A stretch of DNA of 64,000 bases, from assembly GCA_000708835.1 (NCBI GenBank), contig DF237438.1, forward strand, positions 1 to 64,000, read 5' to 3'. Made by a program: the position numbers and the translations under genes. Numbering within the stretch: the stretch's first letter is position 1; each line of letters starts with the position of its first letter. The DNA comes from Klebsormidium nitens. Taxonomy: Eukaryota > Plantae > Klebsormidiophyceae. Below, one piece after another: positions 49,960 through 62,762 of this stretch. The notes below the pieces were generated by a model. It ran no database searches. It was not told the origin of the DNA and saw nothing but the letters and a program-made list of their open reading frames with translations.

Positions 49960-52900
49960 TCAACTGTCCACCTTGGAGGGGATGGTTTCTGCGTGCAGTT
50001 TCACTGTGGGGGCTATCAGGTCATCTTTGCTTTGAATAAGCCGCAACTCAAGCTGGCCTCGCTTCGTTCCAGAAGGAATGCCAGCTAGAGCGTAGTCTGC
50101 GATGGTCCTTTGAATGACAGCCTGCGCGTGGTCAAGTGAAAATGTTAATGTGGTCGTCATGAATTTGAAAAGTGGGTCATGTATCAAGGAGGAACAAGGC
50201 TCCTGTGTCAAGGCCGTTGAATCAGTGTGGAAAAGGCATGGTGTTTTCCAACAGGAAGCATGCCAGTAGCTCGTCAACATTTTCTGCGGGCGTAAGCAAT
50301 GAGACTGGTTTCAATGCATGCAATCCCCAGCGTTAAAGACAAGTTGGCGAAGTAAACCGGTCAGTCGCTTTTAGCTGTTACAGCTGCCTTAGCTCATCAA
50401 CCACAAACAGACCACAGATTATGGTCCAGGTTTCTCGAATGGTTCCAACTAAAGTTAGAAAGAAAGCCCGCCGTTTTCTTGAGATTCAAAAAAGCAAACG
50501 GGATCAACCCGATCGAGAATGAAGGGGCCATTAGGAGACTGAGCTCGGTTAGCAAAACAAGAGTAGACTACTCAGAATCGTCAGTCGTAAATCGACCGGC
50601 CTCACATGGAGGTTGAAATTGCTGAAGAGAGGATTTACTGAAGTAGCGAATGCTCGTAAAAAGACATCGCCAGGTTGAGAAAGACACTGAGAGCTTGACG
50701 CATACCTGGAGACTCGCAACCGCTAGCTCAGTTGCTCTTGCCAGGTCATCCGGATTTTCCTGCAGCGTGAACATGCCAAATGAGTCGCGAACATTCGTGG
50801 CTGGCAAATCACATATGATTAGGACTTGCAGCAACCTCCTCGTTCTGTTTTGATCAACCATCAGCAAATAGCCAGTATCAAACGTGGAGTCGCCACTTGT
50901 TTAATGGCTTGCTTCGTCATGTTATTCTTGCAGCGACTAAAAGTAAAATAGGAAGTGTCCATATCATTCAGACCATGGAGAAGCAGTCCTCACGTTTGCG
51001 CAGGCCAGAATGAGCGCGGTCATTAGATCCCCAGTGCCCTGCAACAGAAGCGCTCGATGTTCTGAACACCGATGCAGCAGAGCCTCGTGAGAGGAGCGGG
51101 AGAACTGCGTGGGCTGCATGAATTCCAGTATCCCTCAGGTGCGAGTGGTAATGTTGACCACGCGGAAGCCATCCTCTTGACCCTTTATGACAAGACGACC
51201 AACACGTTTGAGCATGAGCGCACGGACGAATGCACAATCTCACTTCGATTCAATAATGCTCACCGTAAACGAGTGTGGCAGCTTGGGGACCACTATCCGG
51301 AATTGCAAGGCTTTGAATTTCTGCAACGAGAGCGTTCAGTCTTTCGGGTGCTTGATACTCAAATTGAGTCTACAACAGCGGCTCAGTCGCCTCTCCTCGT
51401 GCATTGCACCTACATACATGCATCAATGAAGAGCTGCAGAGACCTAATGACAATTTTGCGAGGAAAGACGAAACAAGCAGCAAATCTTGTGACAATAACA
51501 AGAGAAGTGAGTAGCCACTGCGTAATGCCCCACACTTACCCCATGAGCGGCTTGGCTTCCGATGATCAGAATCTCACCATTCAAATGTACGCTAGTAATC
51601 ACAACCTGCGCAGTCACCTTCACAAACTTAGAAGTGACCGTCTGTGACGGGACGTGACCAACCATCGAAACAACATCTGAAACGCTAAACGAGGGATCTT
51701 TGCTGAGCGTACTCGCGAGAGTTCGAACAACGGATGCGTGCAATTGGGGATAGTGGCATTTCGCAGATTAAGAGTCGGCGAAGGTCGCACCCACCCGCTG
51801 AGGACCTCTGCTGTGTAACACCTCGCAAGCACGGAAGGCGTCCTTTTCGCTAGCTATGCTGCAGTAACCAAACAAACTTGTTACACATGAAAATATACTC
51901 GCACTGATTGTCCTCGTTGTTTGCATAAGTGAAGCACGTTGGACCAACTTCAACGGGGATCCGCTGCCGTAAGAGTTGCCAGTGAAGACATCGTGTAGAG
52001 AACTCGTCCGACATACCTGAATTGTACCAGTTGCTCAGCTTCGAACTGGTTCGGTGTGAGGATGTTGGCTTGCGGTACAACCTGCAATCCAAGACAGGAA
52101 AGTTTTGACTTCGACCCAAACAACATCCAGAGGAGATTGTCTATGATGATAACTGCACTTGATGGCCATTGAAGCCAGACTAATCCGCAATCCAAAGGGC
52201 TGGGCGGACGTCTTATCTGGCAACTTAAAAGGTGCGAAGCAGCTACTTCCCTGGCCGCAGGATTCAAAAGATGCATGGTATTGTTAGGCAGGCCCACCTT
52301 TTCTCGATACACGGGCACCAGTTCTGGTTTCACATAGAGCGCTCCATTGTCCCCCATGACTGGATCGCAAACTGCATATATACGAGAAGCTTCTAGCCTT
52401 CATTCCGAACATCCTTCGTGGCCAGAAAAGATGGACAGGCTCATTCGCTTCATGTAGGTCAAACCTATCTCGACAACCAGGGCTTGCCGGATCCCGGTGG
52501 TCACAAGCCGTTGCCCCAACTCGTTGGCCACCTTTGAAAGCGCTTTAGATACTCCGTACTTCCATACCCTACTGTGCAAGGAGGCCTTTGCGATAAGCAG
52601 ATAACGAAGAGCCACGGGTATGTCTGGAGACAGAAAGAAGCCAATCATACACTCAGCCCATTGTGGGAGCCTGAATTTGCCTCTTAGACAGGCAACTCAA
52701 AAGGAAAATCCGGTATGCATCAGTCCGACTCACCATAGATAAGCTTGGGATTTGAAGTCCGGACCTTCTCGATGACCCGGAGAACAGTGTCCAGGAAGGA
52801 TAGAGAGCCAATGTAACCTGCAGGAACAAGGATCGCTGGTCTCCAGCCCGAGAAAACATCACTCGATGACCGAAAAATCGAACAGGCAATCTCAGCATGC

Positions 52901-54174
52901 ACCGCGCACAGATGTGAAGACTGATACTAATCAAAATCTTAGTCAGGCTTGCCCTTTGGAACCTAGCCTGCTTCCAATCAACTTGCCTGTGACGAGATGT
53001 GTGTATTGAAGAAGGTCATTTTCTTCAAGGCCCTCAATCAAAGTCCACAGCTGGTCGCCGTTCAACACGTCACCCTTGAAAGTAGGATAGCCTGCAGCCA
53101 GGACACAGTTACCAATCTAGCAATGAACAACAATAGATTACACAGACTGCCTTGGTTGTGATCGATGATCGGAGCTTGAAGCTTCTATTCAAGACCTCAA
53201 TGTCAGTATGCCCTGACAACGCCGGATAAAGCTTGAGGATGAAAATGGTCTGGAACGAAGCGCGGCAGTGAGCACAGCAGCAACCGAAAAGAAACCTACA
53301 TAGTCAGGATGTCTTGCCTGTATGGTTTGAGAATTGAACCGAGTTGATTGGATCTACATCAAAGCCATGGAGCTGAAGTGGAAAGACGGCACACTTGTTC
53401 CCCACATACCCCTGCAACGATGTCAAACAAAGCCCCTCAGTGGAGTTCCAATCTAGAAACCTGATGAAACCGAAAAAGCTGCTATGAAGTTCATCATGAA
53501 CATTTACAAACAACAAAGTGCAAGCTTTAAAGCTGACTGCATGAATTTGGTTCTGCAGCTTTTTCATCTTTGAAATCCCACTTTAGGCTGGCCAAGCGAT
53601 GAGCCTACTCAACACCAGATGGACAGACATTCTTCGAACCGCGACTTGTGGAATCAGACATCGGAGGCCTGCTACTTTTCTGCTTGGCATGATTGCGCAT
53701 GGATGTTTAAAACGATTGAAAAGGCACTGCTACAGTTGACTCGACTGAGTCAAACCCATAATGAATCAGCAGCTCATCTGGGTGTGGCTGGCGCCTCACA
53801 CTGACGGTGTGCGATTGGATACTCAGCACTCTTCCACCACCCGGCAGGACAGCTGCCAATGGAGGTGGCATAGTACGCCCCCCAGAGAGTGCTGAACCGG
53901 TGCGCTTCCTGACTGGCACGAAGATGGTCGGAGGTTGACAAAATGGTCTGTTCTTATTGAAAAGTTGGGAATGTGGAGCTTGACTCTGAAAATGGAGCCC
54001 CCTCAGACTGGCCCGGATATCGCCAACGCAGTGAGAATGTGCAGTCGTGAAGCTGCTACTGGTCACAGGGTTTGAAGGTATGGATGAGGGTAGTGGTGTC
54101 ACAGATGATATTCTCTTGCAGATTAAACTCAGTGATGGATTCAAGGACACTTTACACCTCACGTTCAATATCAT
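49960..54174 (-). CDS. SOS4: Pyridoxal kinase (vitamin B6 salvage), with an in-frame N-terminal extension; core ATG at 53871
   Basis: [82 protein letters not shown]|GTGDLMTAL and a plant-like C-terminus [12 protein letters not shown]. Confidence 0.93.
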
Positions 54175-54811
54175 GCCGGCATTGCTCCGGTGCAAAGCTT
54201 TGTAAGCTTAGCGAGCTTAGCACGTATCTCACACGTCAATCATCTACCTTTCAGCCGGCAAGCCTCCGCAGACAATGCGCTGAAATCCTCTTGCGCTTCC
54301 TCCGCTGCGGGATCACAGCAAGCGGAAAAGATCACTTGAGCTGCTTGAACGAACATTCAAAACTGTGCCGCAAGGCAGCAGAAGTAGCGGGCAAGGCAAC
54401 TTGGAAACCAAGCAGAAAGTCCCATGCAGGAGCTTGTCTTGCACCCGGAGCTGTGAGCTTTCTTCTAGATATATTTAGGATATATTGGAACATATTCATG
54501 AGTTCTTGAAAGGAACATATCCGATCATCCAATCCGTCCGTCAACCACCTCGACTCCGGTTCCAGATCTTTCCAAAGTGAATTTTAAATACTGGTGATAA
54601 TCGACAAGAAGATGACCCCATAAGATGATGCTGCATCCAGCTGCATCCTTGTATTTGCCAGGCGGCAGCAGCAGAATTTTACCCTGGCACAAGGAACTTG
54701 TCACTGTCATTGTCAACACTGGTTGCCAGTGCATGGTGGAAAGGCAGACTCTGAAATTGGGCGCCATTTGGAAGCGCGCTTTCTTGAAGTTGGAAGGCAC
54801 AGTCAAGAAAG

Positions 54812-57800
54812 ATGGACGATCCACTTTCTGCGAGTGGCTTGCGGCGGCGAGAGGTTGCGGTACCCAATCCTACCTCAGATGCCGATGGCGGGAGCCCATC
54901 AGCCAGCCCACGGCGGAGCGGTCGATTCAGTGAGGTGGTGGAGCAACTAGAGAGGGCGGGAAGTTCAGTCAAGGAGACGCTGGAGAGGGCGCAGGACCAG
55001 GCATCAGAAACATGGAAGGCCGCTAAGAAGAGGTACCATCTAATGGACTTCCACGAGATGCCAGCTTACCTGCAGGACAACGAGTTCATCCGGCACTACT
55101 ACCGCGGAGAGATGCCGCTTAAGCATGCGGCACTGAGCCTGTTCAAAGTGCACAATGAGACGCTCAACATCTGGACGTGAGCAAGCGGACTCTTTAAGAT
55201 TTCACAGATCTGATGTCACTGGCCCCTGAATTGGCCTCAATTGCAAGCTGTCATCACCTGTTTTTGTAACATCTTTTTTTGAGCTTCCATTTCAATTGAC
55301 ATTGTGAGATTTGTAAGAAGACTGATGTGGGCTTTTTGTTTGGTGAAAGGATCAGGTCTTATCTTGCACCTAAGCAAGTAAAATAGACTGGTGCAGGGGG
55401 TGTTTGAACTGTTGTGGAATGGTGGTGGCCCAACCAAGCAGGGTGGGGCAGGCAGGTTACTAATGTATGTGATTATCTGCTTGGAGCTGCAAGGATTGCT
55501 ATCACCTGAAGCAGACATGGGCCTTTATGAACTACTGATCAAGTGATTAGGGGCTTTTTTGCATGTGTTTCTTAGGGGCATACCCTGCCTTTACGCTGTT
55601 CCCCAAATGCCTTTTCGAACCGGGCGGCAAATCCCCCCCCTTCCTTGGCATGGCCCTCCCGCCGCCGCTTGTCCATCTTCTTCTATTCTTTTCTTCTGCA
55701 GGCACTTCCTGGGCTTCTTGCTGTTTGTTGCTCTCACCATCTACACGTGGCGCACCCTGCCCCTGCCGCGCCCCTCTCTGCCGCACATCCCCTCCTTCGT
55801 TGACTTGCTCCACCTCCGGCAGCACTTCCCCACCATCAGCCATGCCCTCGAGATGGCAGACCTACCCCACCTTCGTGTGAGTTCATTCGAGTTCGCTTCT
55901 CTCTTTGTAACATGTACCTTGTCTGATTCTGGTATAGCGTCTGACTCCAGTCCGAAGAATCCTGTCGGCTCTCCCTCATGTCATTCAAAAGATGGTCTAA
56001 TGACCCCAAAACCAGGCCTTTCGGACACCCTACTTCACGTCAGGACAAAGAGTCTAGGAGCGAGGCAAGCTTTGCCTTTTCCTTTGAAGTAAGAAAGTGC
56101 GTATGAATAGGTCCCTGCTGATGGTATATAACACTTATTAAAGCTCTAGGTTTGCATATGCATAGAAAGCTCGTGGAAGTTTCCCCGCAGCGGTGTTCTG
56201 TTGACGATTGCCAGAGATTGGACGAGCGGAGCTAAATACGTCAGGCCTCCAAGACATGAGCTACTTTCAGCCAGTATTTTCAGTCTTGTGGTCGCCTGCT
56301 TTTCAGTCAGGCCTTTTTTATAAACGGCCAACTTTTGCGAAGATTATTTGAAAATGCTTCCGATTGTCGTTTTACAACCGGCATCTACGACTCTGCCGGG
56401 TTTGTACGGTTTTGTGTTCATCTACCTCTTTGTTCTTGAGTGTTGACCTGACTATTCGGAAGAAAGAGGACGTGGACTTCCCAGCCGAAATCGAAGACCC
56501 TTCAAGTTCTGGCTATGATCTTTGAGAATGCACGGTCTGGACTGATTGGGCCCGTCAATCCAAGGGTTTACAGTCCAAGGGGGTCCCAAGGGAGTCCGCC
56601 AGAAGTCCCTTTTCCTCTTCCCGTCCGCTCTCGAGACAGCCGACGGTAATTGCATTGAAGCAACTCCGTGTCGACTCCCTCAGCCAAACCTTTCTCAGTC
56701 CTCAAACGGGGCACCGCTCTGTCTGTGTGCAGTCCCTGCTGACGACCATGGGCGACGGCGTGTCTGCGACGCTGGAGGACTTTGCAGTGGCAGCGCAGGC
56801 GCTGCTGGCGGGCAAGGGCGTGGGCGTGCCGCAGCTGGTGGTCACGCGGTGGCCCTTCTTCGTCTTCCTCGCGGGCGCCATGACGTGCCTCCTCTCCAGC
56901 GCCACCTGCCACCTGCTCGCCTGCCACTCCCACCGCACCTCCGCCATCATCTGGAGGTGAGCACGCCACTGTTCGCGATTGCTCCCGATTTGCTGGGGCC
57001 TGTACAAAGGTACAAAGGAGAGGACCGATTGGAGTCCCTGCTTTCTAAGATGTCCTTGTCCGTCTCGTTTCGAATGATCGTCATCTTCGTCTGGTACAAA
57101 GTATTGATGGACACGAATCTCAGCCAGGTTAGTTTCTCAAGTAGATTTGCAACGACTTCGGTCGGACGACACCATTTCAATCTAGAGTCGTACCGTTCTG
57201 ACCATACTCGTCTGCCACCACTGGCGTATATTCCTCTTAGAGACTCAAGTTCAGCGGAAGGTTCAAGATTGCTGACGCAATCAGGTGCAAGTGCAGAGTA
57301 TAGCCGCCAGCGTCCTGCGAGCTTTGCCTGATGGAACACGCAACCCACTCTGGTCGTTTTTCTCTACAGTCGGTTACAATTGTCTTCAGCTGATGTTCTC
57401 TGTCCATCAATTCAGAAGCTGCCTGTATCTTTCTGGAATTCCTTTTCAAACCTATTTTGCGGTTTGGTTAAGATGTCAGTTTCTGAGATCCGGGGGACTT
57501 GCCTTTACGCTTTCAACCCGTTCCTCCTGCGTGCAGGTTTGACTACTGCGGCATCGCGGTCATGGTGGCCACGTCCTTCTTTCCCCCCGTGTATTACTCT
57601 TTCTTGTGCGACCCGCTGTGGCGCTACATGTACCTCATCGGCATCAGCGTCATTGGGCTGTGCTGCATCGCCGTCAGCCTGATCCCCACCTTCCAGACGG
57701 CCAAGTGGCGCACCTTCCGCGCGTCCATGTTTGCGGGGATGGGCATGGCGGGCATCATTCCGTGCCTGCACAAGCTGGCAGTCCTGCCGCACGAGAGCGT

Positions 57801-58026
57801 CGTCTGGAAGACCACGCGCCTGGAGGCGGCCATGGGGGCACTCTACCTGATCGGGGCGCTCTTCTACTCGACGCGCATCCCGGAGCGGTGGAAGCCGGGA
57901 ACGTTTGACATCGCGGGGAGCAGCCACCAGATCTTCCACTTGTTTGTGCTGGCTGCCGCATACCTGCACTACAACACTGGGCTGATCTATCTTGATTGGC
58001 GGGACAAGACGGGCTGCCCGCCCTGA
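54812..58026 (+). CDS. HHP: PAQR/AdipoR-family heptahelical protein (HHP), multi-exon
   Basis: [24 protein letters not shown]|[59 protein letters not shown]. Confidence 0.95.
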
Positions 58027-59115
58027 TTAGCTTGGTCGATTCCAGGGTAGCAAAGAGGTGTTTGTATCATGGACTTACATTGCGGCAAGCGCGTTGGATT
58101 GCTCGCTGAGTAACTTCCTGATTGTGGGTCTGATGAACGTAGTCAGCTGATACCACTTCCTCCAACGAAAGCTTTCAGGAGTCAACTGAAATGTACGTTA
58201 GATTGGCATGGGCGGGCTCCTTGTATTTGACATACGGATGCGGCTCGTGCTGGTCAAAGATCTTTTGTACACTGTACACCAAACAGTTGTAGGAGAATGC
58301 AAGATTTAAATGGACATGGTTGCGAATTATTTTTGCTCATTGTCTACTGTAAAGTAGGCGTACGGCTGGATCACCATCCATGTTACGTTGGTTTTCATGA
58401 AGCCTTCTACAATTAGGCATTACACCATGTATGCATATGGGTTACATGCTCAATGATAGGCTATGTTCAGACATATTGCTAAGAGGCCCGTCTGTTGGGC
58501 TGTGGTCCATTGCCGGCCCAATCTTCATATTGAACCAAGGCAAAAGCTCTAGAGGCGGCCGGCTGCAGTCGATTCGAGGAACACTGGCCGAGGCTTTAAC
58601 CGTGCTGTAAGTTGTAGAAATCGAAGTTAGCTCGATCTCATGATGGCCGGCGCCACTCATTTTTTCCGCCATGTTCACTTTTTCATCTTTTAATCTGAAC
58701 GGCCACTCATGCATGTTGCGCGACCTCAGTGCGCAATCAACTAACATGACATGCATAGTGTGTATACTAGTACGTGGCGGCAGCATGCGCGCAAGGAGAC
58801 CCAGAAAAGCCTATACCTAAATCCAACATGTACCGTACATGCTTCCTCCATGTACGTAAATTCCTCCTGAGACCATTTCACAATTCTTCAATCGAGCTAG
58901 ATAGAGCTCTACGAACCTTCAAGTTGGTCTCAGTCTGCCTGTGTTGGAGCTGGTGTAGCTGGAGCCTTGCAAATAGGGACTTTTTGTCGACCTGCACATG
59001 CAACGCCTGTTTCAGGTGGGGCATATTCTTAGATTCCACCAGTGAACTTGATCAAGTGCCCCGTGCACAGCGCAATCATTTGAAAGGCAGGAAGTGAGGG
59101 GCGGCGACATCGCGT

Positions 59116-61636
59116 ATGATGGACCATAAGCGAGACTCTCGCTCACAGCGCTTCAAAAATTTGCAGTATAAGTCTCGGGGGCGGGGCCAACATCATGGGC
59201 AAGGCCACGAGGTGGCCACAGATGGAGCGGAAGGGAGAACAGTGGGCAAAGACATTGAAACAGACGAGGACCGTACGAAAAGATCGGGCGCAAACGATAG
59301 GCTTGGTTCAAATTGGGACAGGTACATGGAGCCTGGGGAAGCAGATGGCGCAGGCACCTTGGATGATGGTGGGGTGATGGAAGAAGTAGCAAAAAAGCAG
59401 TCAGAGGGGTTGGACTACAATCTGCTGCTTGAAGAAGCTGGTGAGTGGTCACAGCTTGCTTGTGGGGTATGAATGCGCACTGGCCCGAAACGATCTAGAA
59501 TGCTCAAAATATTTAGTGGTGGACTAACTTGTTCCACTGCCAATCGATGATGTAGCGAACTGGATAGTCTTGGAAGAAAAACAAAGCCTTCTGAGTTTCT
59601 GAGTAACCAAGGTTCACTCTAGCTGCAGCCTTCTTGGTGGTACTTGAGGCCGCTGGTGGCATGACAGTTGGGCCTCAATGCTTTCGTTTACTCTCAACAA
59701 AAATTGTCGTGCTAAAGAAGAATGCTCTTCACAGAGAATTCAAATAATTACAACATCTGCCTATCACACAGCGTAAGCAAGGAATGTGACTGTGCTACAA
59801 AGTCTGCCCGCTACTCAAGTGACCGCATCTTGTTGTTTCAGATGCCCTTCTCAGTGGTGGCAGCGTCTCACTGTTGGCTCACTTCGACCTGGACATTGAG
59901 GATCACTTTCAGACGCATGACATGGAAGAAAAGGTACGTGTTGTGGCTCGCTCGCATATCCGGTTTCCTGACATAAGTCATCTCCTCGTGCTAACGCTCA
60001 GACAAGCCCAGCTTCGGGCTAACTGTCACTTTCAAGACCATTTTTCAGGCACTGGCCAGCTTTGGATCTGAAGCGGTTGGTTTTTTAATCACTTGCAGGT
60101 TCTTTTCAGCGCCAACTTTGCTGTTGTGAACCAGAATAAGCTGACAGTAGATCGCTTTTCCTTTCCAGCCTTTGCCACTCAACATCAATCTGTCCATTTT
60201 GAATGAGGCCTTGTCGTACTTGTCGATGGCTGAGCGCCTTGGGCTGGAAGACGAACTTCTCAGCTCACAAGAGGTGAGCCGCTGTGCTTTCATCCCCTTA
60301 TTTCAATCAGCAAGCAATCATCTGCATTAACGATCAGCTGGCTGCACTTGTCAGCTTACATAAGATTTGAACGCAGCTACAAACACTGTACAGTCTGCCG
60401 TCTCTTCGTTGCCAAAGCAAAGTCATCAAGCAATACTCTCCTTTGAAAAGGGAGACGTAGTTGGACGCTAATGTCAATTGGACGCAACGGGTATCAAAAG
60501 CTTCGTTCGAATTGTAATGGTTGAGGCGGATTTTGTAACCTGACAAGAACGAGGTTGTGCAGGAAGAAGAGGGTGCCACAATTGAGGCCTTGGAAACCGA
60601 CAGAGCGGTCGAACTCCGAGATGCAGGGGCGTATTCCAAAGAGCAGCCGCCCTTTAGGGAGCCGGTTACTGCAACTTCGAGAACCAGCGGGGTTGAGGGA
60701 GTAACTGTAGACCCTACGGGCTCTGTTGCGGCAGCCCTGTCTGTCCCGAAAACGAGTCTCCAGGGAAAGGGCCAAATACCCGCAGCAGGAACCTCTCGCT
60801 TATCAGACGGGAAAGACAAAGCGCCAGAATCCGCATGTAGCAGGACTTCAAAGGGGGAGGAGGCGCGCGGCGCACGGCAAGCCGAGCTGTCTCCCTCAGG
60901 TCAAAAGGAAGAGGACGACGCAGATCTTCTGAATGTGCTTCTCGGCCGAGGCGGTCAGGCCGTAAAGGTAACGGAGGGGAACGGATCAATACAGGGCAGT
61001 GGGAGTGCAAGGCCAGCTGCTAAAGAGGAGGCTCTGCCAGAACGGCGAAACGGGGGCGCAGTTGGACAAAGTCGGGGGAAGTTGGGGACCCGTCCCTTAG
61101 TTTCAGGAGACAGTCTGCTTCGACCATCAGGCGTTGGAAGGGGCGAGTCCGCTCAAGCCGAACCGCATCAAGGGACGGAGACGAATTCTCTGAGGGCTGA
61201 AGCGGGCAGGATCGGTCTGTTGAAAGGACAAACTTCCAGTCCTGCTGCTAGGGAAGCAGACGAAGAAGCAGCTTCACACAGTCAGCGGGGAGAAAGGGCG
61301 TCTCCTGCAGATGATGACATAGACGCTCTTCTAGCTGCTTTGACCCCGTCAGCGTCCAAGTCCCAAGCGCACGTGCTACCGGACAGGGCTGCTTCCAATG
61401 GAGGCGCAACAAGCGTGACAAGAACGGGTGTGGCTAGTGCGGGCTCGATGAGTGCGGCTACACCTTCAGAACGACTGCTTGAGAGTACTGCGATAGGGAG
61501 TGCGTCCCAACTTACCCGAAGTGTGAAGGCAGAATCGAGACCTGAGCAACGAAGTACGGCACCAGTCTCGGCTAGATCAAAACCTACTGCCCCAGCAGAT
61601 GAGGATTTTGATGCCTGGCTGGATTCAATCTCCTGA
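59116..61636 (+). CDS. Aven-like protein, multi-exon
   Basis: Arg/Gly-containing N-terminus, LGSNWDRY, K.SEGLDYNLLLEEA, a helical exon LNINLSILNEALSYLSMAERLGLEDEL, a long low-complexity region and C-terminal DEDFDAWLDSIS*. This matches my recollection of the motif order in Aven. Confidence 0.65.
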
Positions 61637-62762
61637 ACATAAGACCAAGCAATGGAGATGTTCCGAAGTTCTGCCCGGTGGGACCACTCGCCATGACGAC
61701 CGTGACTTGTCCGTGTATGAGATCCAATCGATCCGTCTGAATCGCGAGGCAGGGTATGTGCCGAGCAAGACGTCTCATATTGCCGGTTCGATACTATGGA
61801 CCGCGTGTTGGAGAAACTCAAATTGAACGAGAGCTCACAAATGATTACTGGCCTCAGTGCAGCCAGAGCGGGCATGCTAAGGAGCACTCAGTGCCACAAG
61901 TGCATCAATCATTACTGCTATATATCCATCGTGCCATAACGTGGCGGCATGTGACCCGCTAGCCTCAATCGAAGTTGACCTTGCCTCGGCATTTGTCGAA
62001 TAATTGTCGAATGGTCGGCCTGGCATCGTTTCTCAATTTCTTTGCGTGCAGAAAGCTAAAGAGTGGCAAGGACTGCGCATGGAACATGCCTCGACACGTT
62101 ACAACTCTATTGACCGTCACATGTGGTTCATTATAAATGCCTACGTACATATATAATAATTCAGCTATCCCTCTCATGTCTAATAGGTCTTGCAGTATTA
62201 TTTCCATCCATCATTGCTTTCGGACTCATACTAATACATGCATGTACGTCACAACATGATCAGTGCGTATATGTACATCCAGCGTATAACGCCTGTCGTC
62301 CTGGCTCTTTGATTGCGACTTCCTTAAGCCCGGCCAGGCGCAGCATGCATGAGCCTGTGAGTCCGCAACCGACATCAGTCATGCTGATCATGCAAAGTTG
62401 TGAACAGCAAATGGCGTCGTCGGAAGCGATCGGGGCTAGCTGTGTGCAGCTTATAAGTGCCGCATCATTGAGTACATTCTTTGCCCGCCATGCGTACTGT
62501 ATGGCAGCTCGCTGGCTTGATGTGCATGATACCTTCAATATGCATACCTGACGATTGACAGGTTTGGGACCATTGACCCCCGCTGTTCTTTTGAAGACAA
62601 ACGGTCTCTGGCTCACTTAAACCAGCAGACCGGCTGCCTTCCGGCCTAGAGTTTCAGCCCATCAACACGAATCCAGGTGTGACAAAGTCGGCCCCATTTT
62701 GCAGCCAACACTACCGAGCTACCTTAAGCGTGCAACACACCTCGCACGGTGCTTTGTCCCCT

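Noticed and set aside
51072-51647. 191-aa plus-strand ORF
   Set aside because: It is antisense to pyridoxal kinase exons and introns and has no motif.
18181-54174. Apparent cluster of nucleotide and cofactor genes (RNR1, Maf, sirtuin, pyridoxal kinase)
   Set aside because: They belong to different pathways, lie in mixed orientations and are interspersed with unrelated genes, as expected in a compact eukaryotic genome.
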